Source of the DNA: a virus
Lineage: Duplodnaviria; Heunggongvirae; Uroviricota; Caudoviricetes
Length of the DNA: 64,000 bases
IMG/VR virus record: IMGVR_UViG_2925846512_000001
Direction: 5' to 3' (one strand)
Shown in pieces: positions 10,604 through 18,774 of the stretch. Each line of letters starts with the position of its first letter. The first letter of the stretch is position 1. A program made the position numbers and the translations under genes. The notes under the pieces are model-generated. The model worked only from the letters and a program-made list of their open reading frames with translations, was not told the DNA's origin and made no database searches.

Positions 10604-11188
10604 ATGCCTGCCCGCATTCCTCTCGATCCTGTATTGCCCAAAAATTTTGACTGCACTCCTAACGAGAAACGCTCTAAAGCTCAGCTGGACGCCTGGTGGG
10701 ACCATCCATATGGGGTTACACAACCTGACGGGAAAATTGTAGTTTATTGTCTGAATGGTGGGGCGTGGGACCGTCCATCCGTGCTTTGTTTGGCAGATAA
10801 CTATGATGAAGCCTGTGAACTTGCCGAAAGACAGCAGGCAAGCTGGGTAAAAACACGGTCTGAACCGACATTCATGTTTTCAAAAGAACCGCCATTTATA
10901 CTGGCGAGGATGCCGCAGCGACCGGATCATCAACAAGAAATTGTTGCTGAATTTTCCTCAAGGGATGAGATAAATCTCTTCTCATTAAAGCAGGAAGAAA
11001 GGGATCGCGTCGAAGTGTCTCCAACTCTCGACCACAACCGGATGAACCTGGCCCAGCTCGCCTGGTACAGCAAAGAATTAGAGATGTCTATTGCCCGGCT
11101 TGAAAACGAAAAAGCCGCTATCCAAGTCCAGCATGAAGTAGTTCTGAACCGGATTAGAGAAATGCAAAACGATAACAGGGGATTTTGA
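10604..11188 (+). CDS. hypothetical protein, probably SOS-regulated (position of P1 lxr)
   Basis: 194 aa with RBS AAGGAA. Divergent from humD across the LexA box. No domain recognised. Confidence 0.5.
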   Translation: MPARIPLDPVLPKNFDCTPNEKRSKAQLDAWWDHPYGVTQPDGKIVVYCLNGGAWDRPSVLCLADNYDEACELAERQQASWVKTRSEPTFMFSKEPPFILARMPQRPDHQQEIVAEFSSRDEINLFSLKQEERDRVEVSPTLDHNRMNLAQLAWYSKELEMSIARLENEKAAIQVQHEVVLNRIREMQNDNRGF

Positions 11189-11551
11189 ATGGCTAAAATC
11201 GAGTACCATCGCGATCGCGGTAATTACCTGGAAATATACGATCATGAATCTCTTAACGATATCAACGATGCGTTATATGAATACTGTGAAAAAACGAGCA
11301 TCACAGATGCACCTGATGCATTTGTCGAGCTACCGGTATATCTCCGCGACATCTATGCAATACGAACACCGCCCGTATCGGTAATTCACATTGGCTATGT
11401 CCGCCTGTCCATCGAAGAAGATGAAGATCGTTATATCGTGCGCCACTATACATTGGACAGAAAAGAGCTTCCCAATGAATGGAACATGAGTAATTTCTAC
11501 AACGGTGAATATGGCTTAAAACCCGCTAAGAATGGCGCGGGCATTGCGTAA
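11189..11551 (+). CDS. hypothetical acidic protein
   Basis: 120 aa; its start codon abuts the previous stop (TGAATGG), so it is co-transcribed. Confidence 0.45.
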   Translation: MAKIEYHRDRGNYLEIYDHESLNDINDALYEYCEKTSITDAPDAFVELPVYLRDIYAIRTPPVSVIHIGYVRLSIEEDEDRYIVRHYTLDRKELPNEWNMSNFYNGEYGLKPAKNGAGIA

Positions 11552-11562
11552 TAGCCTAACAA

Positions 11563-11802
11563 CTATTCTGTTTTCTGATATGCCGGATCGTTCCCTTTTG
11601 GCAACTGGAGGCTTAACTGCCGATAGTGCCGTAACCGTTCCATGAAATAGGTGCGCAGATTCTCTGGTTGCTCGCGGGCTACCTGTTCAGCTATGACAGG
11701 TATGTTCAATCGCTCTTTGTACGCCACACCGCTGGCAGCCAGATCAACGTTAACCTTATCCCGTTCTTCCTGACTTTTAGCTGCAATATTCCAGTCGCTC
11801 AT
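11563..11802 (-). CDS. hot: Hot, homolog of DNA polymerase III theta subunit
   Basis: 79 aa. The stretch [50 protein letters not shown] parallels E. coli HolE. Confidence 0.8.
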   Translation of the reverse strand: MSDWNIAAKSQEERDKVNVDLAASGVAYKERLNIPVIAEQVAREQPENLRTYFMERLRHYRQLSLQLPKGNDPAYQKTE

Positions 11803-11804
11803 AT

Positions 11805-12077
11805 TTAAGGCTCACATTTCCAGATGGTATTCTGAACACCCGAACCGGGCGCAAGATTAGGGTTAGCGTTCGCGCTATGCTGATATACTGCTTTAGACTT
11901 CCCATATTGCTGACAGGCTTTATCTGCGGTTTTTTGCAGGCTATCCAGGCCATACCAACCATCTGACTGTATGCTTACCTTTTCACCGTCGTTGTATTGC
12001 ACCATTGCACACCCAGATATAGCCAGTATCGCGCCGACAATAACGCTTTTCCATAAAACTCTATGCAACATATACAA
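11805..12077 (-). CDS. small lipoprotein
   Basis: Signal peptide with lipobox LAISGC. Confidence 0.5.
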   Translation of the reverse strand: MYMLHRVLWKSVIVGAILAISGCAMVQYNDGEKVSIQSDGWYGLDSLQKTADKACQQYGKSKAVYQHSANANPNLAPGSGVQNTIWKCEP

Positions 12078-12116
12078 AAATCCCCTCTGTGAATTGAGGG
12101 GATTTTAGCATGGTGA

Positions 12117-12890
12117 TCAGATATCGGCCTTATTCGGAATTTTATCAGCCACCAGCGGCAATAAAGCCTTCGCCATTTCATGAACCAACATGGCATCAAT
12201 GACGCCTAGCGTATGGCCCGGCTTAATCTTTAATGCGGCCTCAAGATAGCCTCTTTCCAGAGTGGTTTTTACGCTTTTCTTGGGCGATTGTTGGGAACTA
12301 TCCGGAAAATCCGGATGGTTGCCAGCCACATAAGCTACCCGCAACCAGTGCATGAATGTTTCCGCAGACACACAACCGCAGTCCACATCGATTTTCCCGC
12401 GTTGCTGTTCCAGCCATTGCTCAAAATCTAACTTGTAAGCCTTACTTTCAGGTTCATCACCATTGAACTCGACTTTCTGCGACGCTATGAGAGCAGCTTC
12501 GTATTGTTCGCGAGTGACAACTGACTGGTATTCATCGCTATCAAGGTCACCGATTGGAAGCTCAATCTCACAACAAAAATTGCGCCCAAAGAAAGTGTCT
12601 TTTTTGTGGTCCGAGCCAAAAGCAAAAGTCGCGCATGGCGCCATTAAATTGGCACTGAGCAGGCGACAATCGATCATACCATCAGGCCACCCGCCGCACT
12701 TGGGCAGCTCCTTCACTAACAAGTCGATAAGCTTCATTTTTTTATCATCTTTGCAAGCCGCCAAAGCCATTTGGGCAAGTGCCAATACTTCATCTGCCGT
12801 ATATCCAGCACCGTGACCATACATTTCGATACGGGCGATAATCTCTGATATGCGTTCTTTAGTGATTCTTGTCATTTCTTTTTGCGCCAT
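12117..12890 (-). CDS. hypothetical Cys-containing protein
   Basis: 257 aa. No domain recognised. Confidence 0.45.
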   Translation of the reverse strand: MAQKEMTRITKERISEIIARIEMYGHGAGYTADEVLALAQMALAACKDDKKMKLIDLLVKELPKCGGWPDGMIDCRLLSANLMAPCATFAFGSDHKKDTFFGRNFCCEIELPIGDLDSDEYQSVVTREQYEAALIASQKVEFNGDEPESKAYKLDFEQWLEQQRGKIDVDCGCVSAETFMHWLRVAYVAGNHPDFPDSSQQSPKKSVKTTLERGYLEAALKIKPGHTLGVIDAMLVHEMAKALLPLVADKIPNKADI

Positions 12891-13246
12891 TTCTTTTCAC
12901 ATTCCTTAGTCCATTTTTCAATGTTCATTTTGGCAATATCAGTCATTCCATCACCTAAGAAATACTTTTTCCGGTATGCCTTGCACTTAAACCACACTAC
13001 AACAGCCACCAGCCAGAAAATAAAAGGCCATACAGCAATACCAACGACAGCCGCGATAAAGCCCAATAGCCATAAATGAAGCTCTCCAACTTCTGTTTCC
13101 GGCAATATTCTTAAAGAATTAAACAGCAGGCTGAACGAATGGTCGTATGCATTGGCAGTATAAGACATGCAATCCATATAATTAAAGTCATAGCCTGCGG
13201 CTGCCGCCCATAATGGGCGGTCAAGAAAATGTTTTAGTGTCATCAT
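12872..13246 (-). CDS. small membrane protein (2 TM) with a Lys-rich tail
   Basis: Hydrophobic segments LWLLGFIAAVVGIAVWPFIFWLVAVVVWF. Confidence 0.45.
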   Translation of the reverse strand: MMTLKHFLDRPLWAAAAGYDFNYMDCMSYTANAYDHSFSLLFNSLRILPETEVGELHLWLLGFIAAVVGIAVWPFIFWLVAVVVWFKCKAYRKKYFLGDGMTDIAKMNIEKWTKECEKKWRKKK

Positions 13247-13252
13247 ATAAAT

Positions 13253-13642
13253 TTAAGGTTCAGACCAGTTATCTTCAATAGCAATGCTTAATCTTTGTAG
13301 CCATTCTGCTAATTTCAGCATTGCTTCTCTTTCGCTTAAACCACGAGGAAAATCATCAAGTGAAATTGTTGGCTTGAATCCCCCGTAATTATCCATTTCA
13401 ACTGTCAGATTTTGTTCCAGCACGGTATTTCTTACGCGACTATTGTGCCGGAGCAAATATACTGAGCGTGATTTATTGGTTTTGTGGTCTAGCTTATATT
13501 CGGTAAGTATCATCTGGCTTTTGCCATGATTATTACCTCTCCACATACTTACCTCACTTAATAAAACAACTCCATGCGTAGTTGATGATTTTTTCCCACG
13601 TAATATAAATCTGCACTCCGGCAGTAAAACCAAAGCCAACAA
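13253..13642 (-). CDS. hypothetical protein (start uncertain; track start is TTG)
   Basis: 129-aa ORF. Its N-terminal region overlaps a better-looking 40-aa hydrophobic ORF in another frame (see findings). Confidence 0.35.
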   Translation of the reverse strand: MLALVLLPECRFILRGKKSSTTHGVVLLSEVSMWRGNNHGKSQMILTEYKLDHKTNKSRSVYLLRHNSRVRNTVLEQNLTVEMDNYGGFKPTISLDDFPRGLSEREAMLKLAEWLQRLSIAIEDNWSEP

Positions 13643-13724
13643 TTGCTGAAAAAATCAAAACATTTACTTTTGACATTATAAATTTTCTCTCGGTGTCGTA
13701 GGTTATAGCACCATAATTGATAAT

Positions 13725-13976
13725 TTAGTGAGTTAGCAGTTCCATTTTTTGGATGATTTCCGCATGAGCATCATCGTTGTCAACACTTAACTCGTTTAAT
13801 GCCTCTCGCACCACATCAACTTCTTCTGGTTGGAAGAAGTCATCTCGGTAGTCACCAAATAGAACCGAAACAAGCCTTCCACCAGCAACATCAAGATTGG
13901 CGCTAACAGGTGGCTCTTTACCATCCTCAAATTCGACTACAAAAGTTAATTTCCCCATCGTTACCACCAGCGACAA
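13725..13976 (-). CDS. small acidic hypothetical protein
   Basis: 83 aa. Confidence 0.4.
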   Translation of the reverse strand: MSLVVTMGKLTFVVEFEDGKEPPVSANLDVAGGRLVSVLFGDYRDDFFQPEEVDVVREALNELSVDNDDAHAEIIQKMELLTH

Positions 13977-14040
13977 ATTGAATACAAACCCAGTGCTGCC
14001 GCCATCACAATTCCTACCGTTGCGAATGCTTCAGGCCAGC

Positions 14041-14736
14041 TCATTGACCTGCCTCCTGGGGAGGTTCTGGTAGCAGCATCCAGAACAAGGCGTTCCCTAA
14101 CCAGGATAAAGTGCCGTCGCTCAACTCCACGTATTCCCCTTGCACCTGTCCTGCCATATACTCACCGTGCTTTGAATAAATTAAAATCCAATCATCTTGA
14201 GCGGGCATTCGCTCACTACAGCTTATCCAACCATCCGGAGTTGCCGGAGAGTTGCCCGATAGCTGGTTCAACTTGTAAGTTTGGCTTACAGGTTCGGCAC
14301 CATGAAGCATGGCGTCGCTCCGCTCTATGCCATCCAGCGCGATTCGCAGTGCCTGAATTGTGGTAGAGCTATCGTTTGGGGCTATTCCATATCGCTCGAA
14401 TACAGCTAAATGGTTGCGCATAATCTCAGGCGTAAGCTCTTTGTAAGCATAAGCAAGAGGCTCTGATGCATTATCCGGCACAACCGACGCAGGCGCGGCA
14501 GCATAAACAGGAATAACGTCCGCTTGCTCTTTATTGCTTTCATCCGTTAAAGCCCAGAATAATTTCCCGGCCGGATGTTTGAAAATATAAGCAACTGGAT
14601 CTGCTTCCAGCGCTGCCAGAGCAATTCGTGCCAGTTCTTCCGCTTCTTCTGCTGGCAGTACAACGTTGCTACCAGGTCCGTATGTTTCGCGCCACTGCTT
14701 GATTGTCAGTAGTCGCTCTTTGGTAATAGTGATCAT
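14041..14736 (-). CDS. hypothetical protein with a DUF551-like C-terminal region
   Basis: 231 aa. The C-terminus (WISCSERMPAQDDWILIY...G) resembles the small DUF551 phage domain. Weak. Confidence 0.4.
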   Translation of the reverse strand: MITITKERLLTIKQWRETYGPGSNVVLPAEEAEELARIALAALEADPVAYIFKHPAGKLFWALTDESNKEQADVIPVYAAAPASVVPDNASEPLAYAYKELTPEIMRNHLAVFERYGIAPNDSSTTIQALRIALDGIERSDAMLHGAEPVSQTYKLNQLSGNSPATPDGWISCSERMPAQDDWILIYSKHGEYMAGQVQGEYVELSDGTLSWLGNALFWMLLPEPPQEAGQ

Positions 14737-15320
14737 GCCGCGTTTCCTTCTTTCTTATTAACAATTACACCGTCATATATTTCATTAAGGTGCCCTCTCA
14801 ACTCCATGCGCCTTAATGCAGATAACATGTAATCGCATTCAACCTGCTTATTTCCAGTAAATGGCTTATCGTCAGGATTCCCCCAACAGCAATTACCCTT
14901 GGGCCACCCATGTACTTTCCGTACTCTTCCGTTAACAACGTGAAGTAATCCCCAGCCAGGTGGTAAATCCTCAATTGAAATAATTCCCGGCTCACTAATA
15001 AAGAATCGCCAGTCGCCCATTCCAAGAGACGGATTTTTACGAAAACGCTTTTTTCTATCTGCTAACAAGTCAGCACGAGAACACTTCGCTTCTATCAGGC
15101 ATGATGCTGAATTTCTGAATCCCATAGCATCTGGCTGTTCTCCGGTACTGGTTACAGCTATAAAGCGGTCATGAAAACAAACCTTGAACCCGTTGCGCTT
15201 AAGGAACTTATACGCAATCTGACAGAGTTCGCGGTGTGTTAACGCCATATCACTCTCCTTTAGTGCGCAAGAGGTTTTTCCAGCGGTTTTGCGCCGCGCT
15301 GGGCTTTTTGCAAAAACCAC
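14733..15320 (-). CDS. hypothetical protein, possible PD-(D/E)xK-fold
   Basis: 195 aa; the likely true start is the internal Met (MALTHRELCQIAYKF). D...E-A-K arrangement in FHDRF...CLIEAKCSRAD. Weak. Confidence 0.35.
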   Translation of the reverse strand: MVFAKSPARRKTAGKTSCALKESDMALTHRELCQIAYKFLKRNGFKVCFHDRFIAVTSTGEQPDAMGFRNSASCLIEAKCSRADLLADRKKRFRKNPSLGMGDWRFFISEPGIISIEDLPPGWGLLHVVNGRVRKVHGWPKGNCCWGNPDDKPFTGNKQVECDYMLSALRRMELRGHLNEIYDGVIVNKKEGNAA

Positions 15321-15438
15321 AATCCATCATCCCGTAATATTTCATCAACCCCATCCGTCGGTTGCTGAGTCTCACCCACTGCCAGACGCCAGGAGCGTTT
15401 CTACGAACTAACAGAATCTTTGCTTTACGGTTTTTCAT
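15250..15438 (-). CDS. small basic protein, paralog B (MKNRKAKILLVRR...)
   Basis: 62 aa. Its start overlaps the upstream paralog's stop (ATGA). Confidence 0.4.
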   Translation of the reverse strand: MKNRKAKILLVRRNAPGVWQWVRLSNRRMGLMKYYGMMDCGFCKKPSAAQNRWKNLLRTKGE

Positions 15439-15611
15439 CTTACAGCGTACCCTTTCTTCCGCCTGTTCTGTGACGCAGTAGGCTTACGCTTTGCGGCAAA
15501 AGCCACCTGACCAAATGGATGGAGTACCGCTATCTTATGGTTGCTAATAACCAGCTCCACCACACGCACAGGTCGCTGTAAAAAAAGTCGTTTTGCCTTA
15601 CGGTTTTTCAT
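15435..15611 (-). CDS. small basic protein, paralog A (MKNRKAKRLFLQR...)
   Basis: 58-aa ORF found by hand (below the track cutoff). It shares the MKNRKAK start and the 5' nucleotide sequence with the downstream paralog. Confidence 0.35.
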   Translation of the reverse strand: MKNRKAKRLFLQRPVRVVELVISNHKIAVLHPFGQVAFAAKRKPTASQNRRKKGYAVR

Positions 15612-15703
15612 CGCTTTGCTCTCCTGCGTCTCTTTGCTGCTCGTCGTGCCGCTGCAATACCGGTATGGCGGCGCTTTGGTGCCGGGATGATGTTGTCAGC
15701 CAT
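15608..15703 (-). CDS. Arg-rich 31-aa peptide (MADNIIPAPKRRHTGIAAARRAAKRRRRAKR)
   Basis: Found by hand; ATGA overlap with paralog A. Confidence 0.25.
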   Translation of the reverse strand: MADNIIPAPKRRHTGIAAARRAAKRRRRAKR

Positions 15704-15783
15704 CAGGACATACGGCTTTGCAATTAGCGCAGAAGCCCAAAAACGAGTCGGGTACGGTAACAAGCCGATACATGCCACACGCA

Positions 15784-16542
15784 TTACTCACCTCCTTTGA
15801 TGCGAATGCCTGCGGCGCGGATTGCATCGATGACTTCAGAAACTTTGTATGCCATTACCGTTTGGTAATCATCGTGAAAATCTGTTCGATGAAGCATGCT
15901 GCTACGTTCCGGGAGCGATATTTCCCGAGCATCCAGTTCCTTAACGCGTTCCTCCAGTTCGTAGACCCTGCATTGTTCTCTATCATCAATCAGATATAAC
16001 CCAAGACATTCGCTTTCTACCCAACCGCCAAAATCATGATCGTAACGCTCACATGAAAACTCACCGTCACCGTCCTTTGTTGGAATGGTGTAACTATCTA
16101 ATGGGCCACCATATGTCGGCACATTTCCCAATGTTGGATGCTCAATCCACATGAAAAATGCACGTCCGGTTATTGGGCAAATATCTGGCCGCCATTGGTT
16201 ACGAACAGCCTTGGTTTCGGATAATTCTTCAGCGTGTTGTTTTACTTCCTCAAGCTCAACTCTCAGCTTCCCTACCGTTAGCGCAATATCCTCGTTCTCC
16301 TGGTCGCGGCATTTTATGTATTGCTGGTTTCTTTCCCGTTCATCCAGTAGTGCCAGCACGGTTTCTGGTCCGGTCAGAAATTTGAAGGCGTTGAGCGCAT
16401 CAATATCCACACCGTAATCCTTAAGTTCCTGTTCAGTTAACAAATCATCATCAACTGGCAACATTAACAGGTGTTCCATTGCCGGAATTGCACGCTCTGC
16501 CGCCTCACGCAGTGCCTGATAGTCAATTGTCATTCTCGCCAT
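15784..16542 (-). CDS. hypothetical protein with coiled-coil segment
   Basis: 252 aa. Confidence 0.45.
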   Translation of the reverse strand: MARMTIDYQALREAAERAIPAMEHLLMLPVDDDLLTEQELKDYGVDIDALNAFKFLTGPETVLALLDERERNQQYIKCRDQENEDIALTVGKLRVELEEVKQHAEELSETKAVRNQWRPDICPITGRAFFMWIEHPTLGNVPTYGGPLDSYTIPTKDGDGEFSCERYDHDFGGWVESECLGLYLIDDREQCRVYELEERVKELDAREISLPERSSMLHRTDFHDDYQTVMAYKVSEVIDAIRAAGIRIKGGE

Positions 16543-17174
16543 CCTTCACAGTTGTAATCACTACAGCCTTCAAAATCATATGGGCTGTACTGCCAGGTTA
16601 TTTTTCCGCAATGCGGACAATTCCAACGCACCTTCCCGCTTCGCGACTTCTTTCTTCTGTTCTGCTCTTTCAACCAGTCAGGCATGACCAAACCTGCGCC
16701 CTGAACCATTGTTCTGCGGTTAAAGTTATTGATATTGAACGTCCGACGCTTTGCTGCATCAGCAATGGAAAATGGCAACCAAACTATTCCTGGTTCGTTT
16801 TTGTTGGCGACGCTAAAGATGGTCGCTTTACTGAAGTCATCTGTTGGCAATCCACCGTGTTGAAGCCAGTAAACATCGTTGCCGTTCCAGCTACCTTTTT
16901 TGTAGGCCACATACGCAGTGCAATCTGACTCAATCAGGCTTTCTGTGGGGATGTACTGGCAATCAACGTGCCACACAGCCATTGCATCCACGCTATCAGC
17001 GCAAACAGGCTGATCGATATCTCGTCCACAATTCCAGGCTTTTTGGGCTTCTTCCAGCGTGTAAACATGAGCGCGATCGATATCAGAACTGTAACCATTG
17101 CCGTTATGGCAATGGAATGAGGCGTTATTACCCACAGTTTCACGCAAGCACATCATGTAAAAGCGGTTATTCAC
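16530..17174 (-). CDS. hypothetical Cys-rich protein
   Basis: 214 aa ending CPHCGKITWQYSPYDFEGCSDYNCEGW. Confidence 0.45.
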   Translation of the reverse strand: MNNRFYMMCLRETVGNNASFHCHNGNGYSSDIDRAHVYTLEEAQKAWNCGRDIDQPVCADSVDAMAVWHVDCQYIPTESLIESDCTAYVAYKKGSWNGNDVYWLQHGGLPTDDFSKATIFSVANKNEPGIVWLPFSIADAAKRRTFNINNFNRRTMVQGAGLVMPDWLKEQNRRKKSRSGKVRWNCPHCGKITWQYSPYDFEGCSDYNCEGWRE

Positions 17175-17451
17175 TGGTTGCCTCCGCTTCCCACGTTTTC
17201 AGACTTTCACCACAGAACGGGCAAAATGAAACTCGAATAGGCGATTTAGAAAATTCACCAGACCGCAGCATGATCAGGTCTTGTGAATGAATTAATTCAT
17301 GGTTATAGATTTTGTATTTCAGCAGACCTTTTCGCGTCGTGTATTCAGCGTCATGCTCCAGGGATTGTGCCAACGCCGCGCACGGTTCTATCTTGTTGCC
17401 ATTAATTTGGCATTTTGACTCACTCACTGGTTGCCCCCTGAATACGCTCAA
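17167..17451 (-). CDS. small protein with C-terminal zinc ribbon (CPFCG)
   Basis: 94 aa. Confidence 0.4.
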   Translation of the reverse strand: MSVFRGQPVSESKCQINGNKIEPCAALAQSLEHDAEYTTRKGLLKYKIYNHELIHSQDLIMLRSGEFSKSPIRVSFCPFCGESLKTWEAEATSE

Positions 17452-18001
17452 ACTCTATTACCCACACCCAAGGATTAGCGTTCCAACTATCTTCGCCATA
17501 AATTGATTTCCATAGGCTACGGAAACCTGGGTAATGCTTATCGCCAATGAGGGTCGATTCTGTTGGTGCGCCCTCAGCCCTTGCATCGCATTCGCTGATA
17601 TCGTTCAACCGCTCAACGCGCACGTTGGTAATTTCCAGAAGAATGCGCGATGCCCAGCGCGGCATGTGAATTGATGGCGTCCACTTTTCTGATACTGGTT
17701 TATTACAAACCTCGACCGGAACCCGGTGCGTTTGTTCTGTCCAGGAGTTACGCACGCTTGCGCGATAAACCAGCGTTGCGACGTCCGTCGCTTTGCCATG
17801 TACCCGGTAGGTTTCGCGAACCCAAATACGATCGCCCGGTTGACCATATGGACAATGCTTGGCAAGCAACTCTGCGGCCACTGCCCGTCCATAGAATTTT
17901 TCTTCAACAATCCTGCGAGTCTGTGTTTTATTCCCGCCAAGAATTGCCCGGACCATCTCATCGTTAAAAATCATGCCGCGCTCTTTCACTTCGCCTTTCA
18001 T
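17420..18001 (-). CDS. ASCH-like domain protein
   Basis: 193 aa. N-terminus MIFNDEMVRAILGGNKTQTRR (GxK...R), typical of the phage ASCH/DUF3850 family. Confidence 0.45.
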   Translation of the reverse strand: MKGEVKERGMIFNDEMVRAILGGNKTQTRRIVEEKFYGRAVAAELLAKHCPYGQPGDRIWVRETYRVHGKATDVATLVYRASVRNSWTEQTHRVPVEVCNKPVSEKWTPSIHMPRWASRILLEITNVRVERLNDISECDARAEGAPTESTLIGDKHYPGFRSLWKSIYGEDSWNANPWVWVIEFERIQGATSE

Positions 18002-18005
18002 GCAT

Positions 18006-18092
18006 CCCCCTTACCCATGTGCGACGATGCCGCCAAAAGTGATAGAGAACAGCCAGAAATAGATCGCGGCCATAATGATTTTGAATGCCGTG
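18006..18092 (-). CDS. 28-aa hydrophobic peptide (MNTAFKIIMAAIYFWLFSITFGGIVAHG)
   Basis: Found by hand. RBS CAGGAG 8 nt upstream; preceded by a promoter/operator and a 5' hairpin. Confidence 0.3.
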
Positions 18093-18179
18093 TTCATATT
18101 TTCAGCTCCTGTGATTGATTGGATACATGCCGCGCCTTGCGGCATGTTTTTATTTTCACTTTCTCTGTTTTAAAAATCA

Positions 18180-18196
18180 ATATTTATTAGAGCAAT
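18180..18196 (-). promoter_or_regulatory. C1 operator with overlapping leftward promoter
   Basis: rc reads ATTGCTCTAATAAATAT (16/17), immediately followed by TTGATT-17-GAAAAT on the minus strand. Confidence 0.6.
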
Positions 18197-18702
18197 CATT
18201 GTTGATGGAGAAGCGCGTTTTCATACTCCCTGACCATTAACGTAAGCACGCCGTGCCTCCTGAAAACACGCGCCACTTCAATCTTATCTTCCAGCGCGAA
18301 CGCGATTTTACTTAGACCAATTTTCTTAAGGAGATCAATCTTTGCTGGGCCGTCATTTCTGTCATCGGTGGCAGGACGCATAGATAGCAAAGGCTCAGCC
18401 CCGTTTGTTACGTACTTCCGCAGCCAGGCTAGTGTTTTATCCCTTGCGATCTCACAGCGCCCGGTTACAAACCAGACCGTGTAAACGTTAAATAACTGGC
18501 GCACCATATCAATAACTGGAGTGATGGGAGTATCGGTGTCACAGGCGAGATTAAACTCGTTCCAGTCCTTTGTTAATGCACCTTTACCTGGTGGCGGAAG
18601 CAAATGCAGTCTGTCTTCAGTTGCCTCTGATATTGTTCCATCAATATCAACTATGACGATATACGGACGTTCCTGGTGTGCGTGTTTATTGAAAATACTC
18701 AA
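18196..18702 (-). CDS. HAD-superfamily phosphatase
   Basis: 168 aa; motif I VIVDIDGTIS (DxDxT) and a later VWFVTGR. Confidence 0.6.
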   Translation of the reverse strand: MSIFNKHAHQERPYIVIVDIDGTISEATEDRLHLLPPPGKGALTKDWNEFNLACDTDTPITPVIDMVRQLFNVYTVWFVTGRCEIARDKTLAWLRKYVTNGAEPLLSMRPATDDRNDGPAKIDLLKKIGLSKIAFALEDKIEVARVFRRHGVLTLMVREYENALLHQQ

Positions 18703-18774
18703 ATGCCCTCCTCATTGGACGAAAAAAATGCTGGTGGGCGCACTCCACCAGCATTAAAAGTGACACTGTAACTG

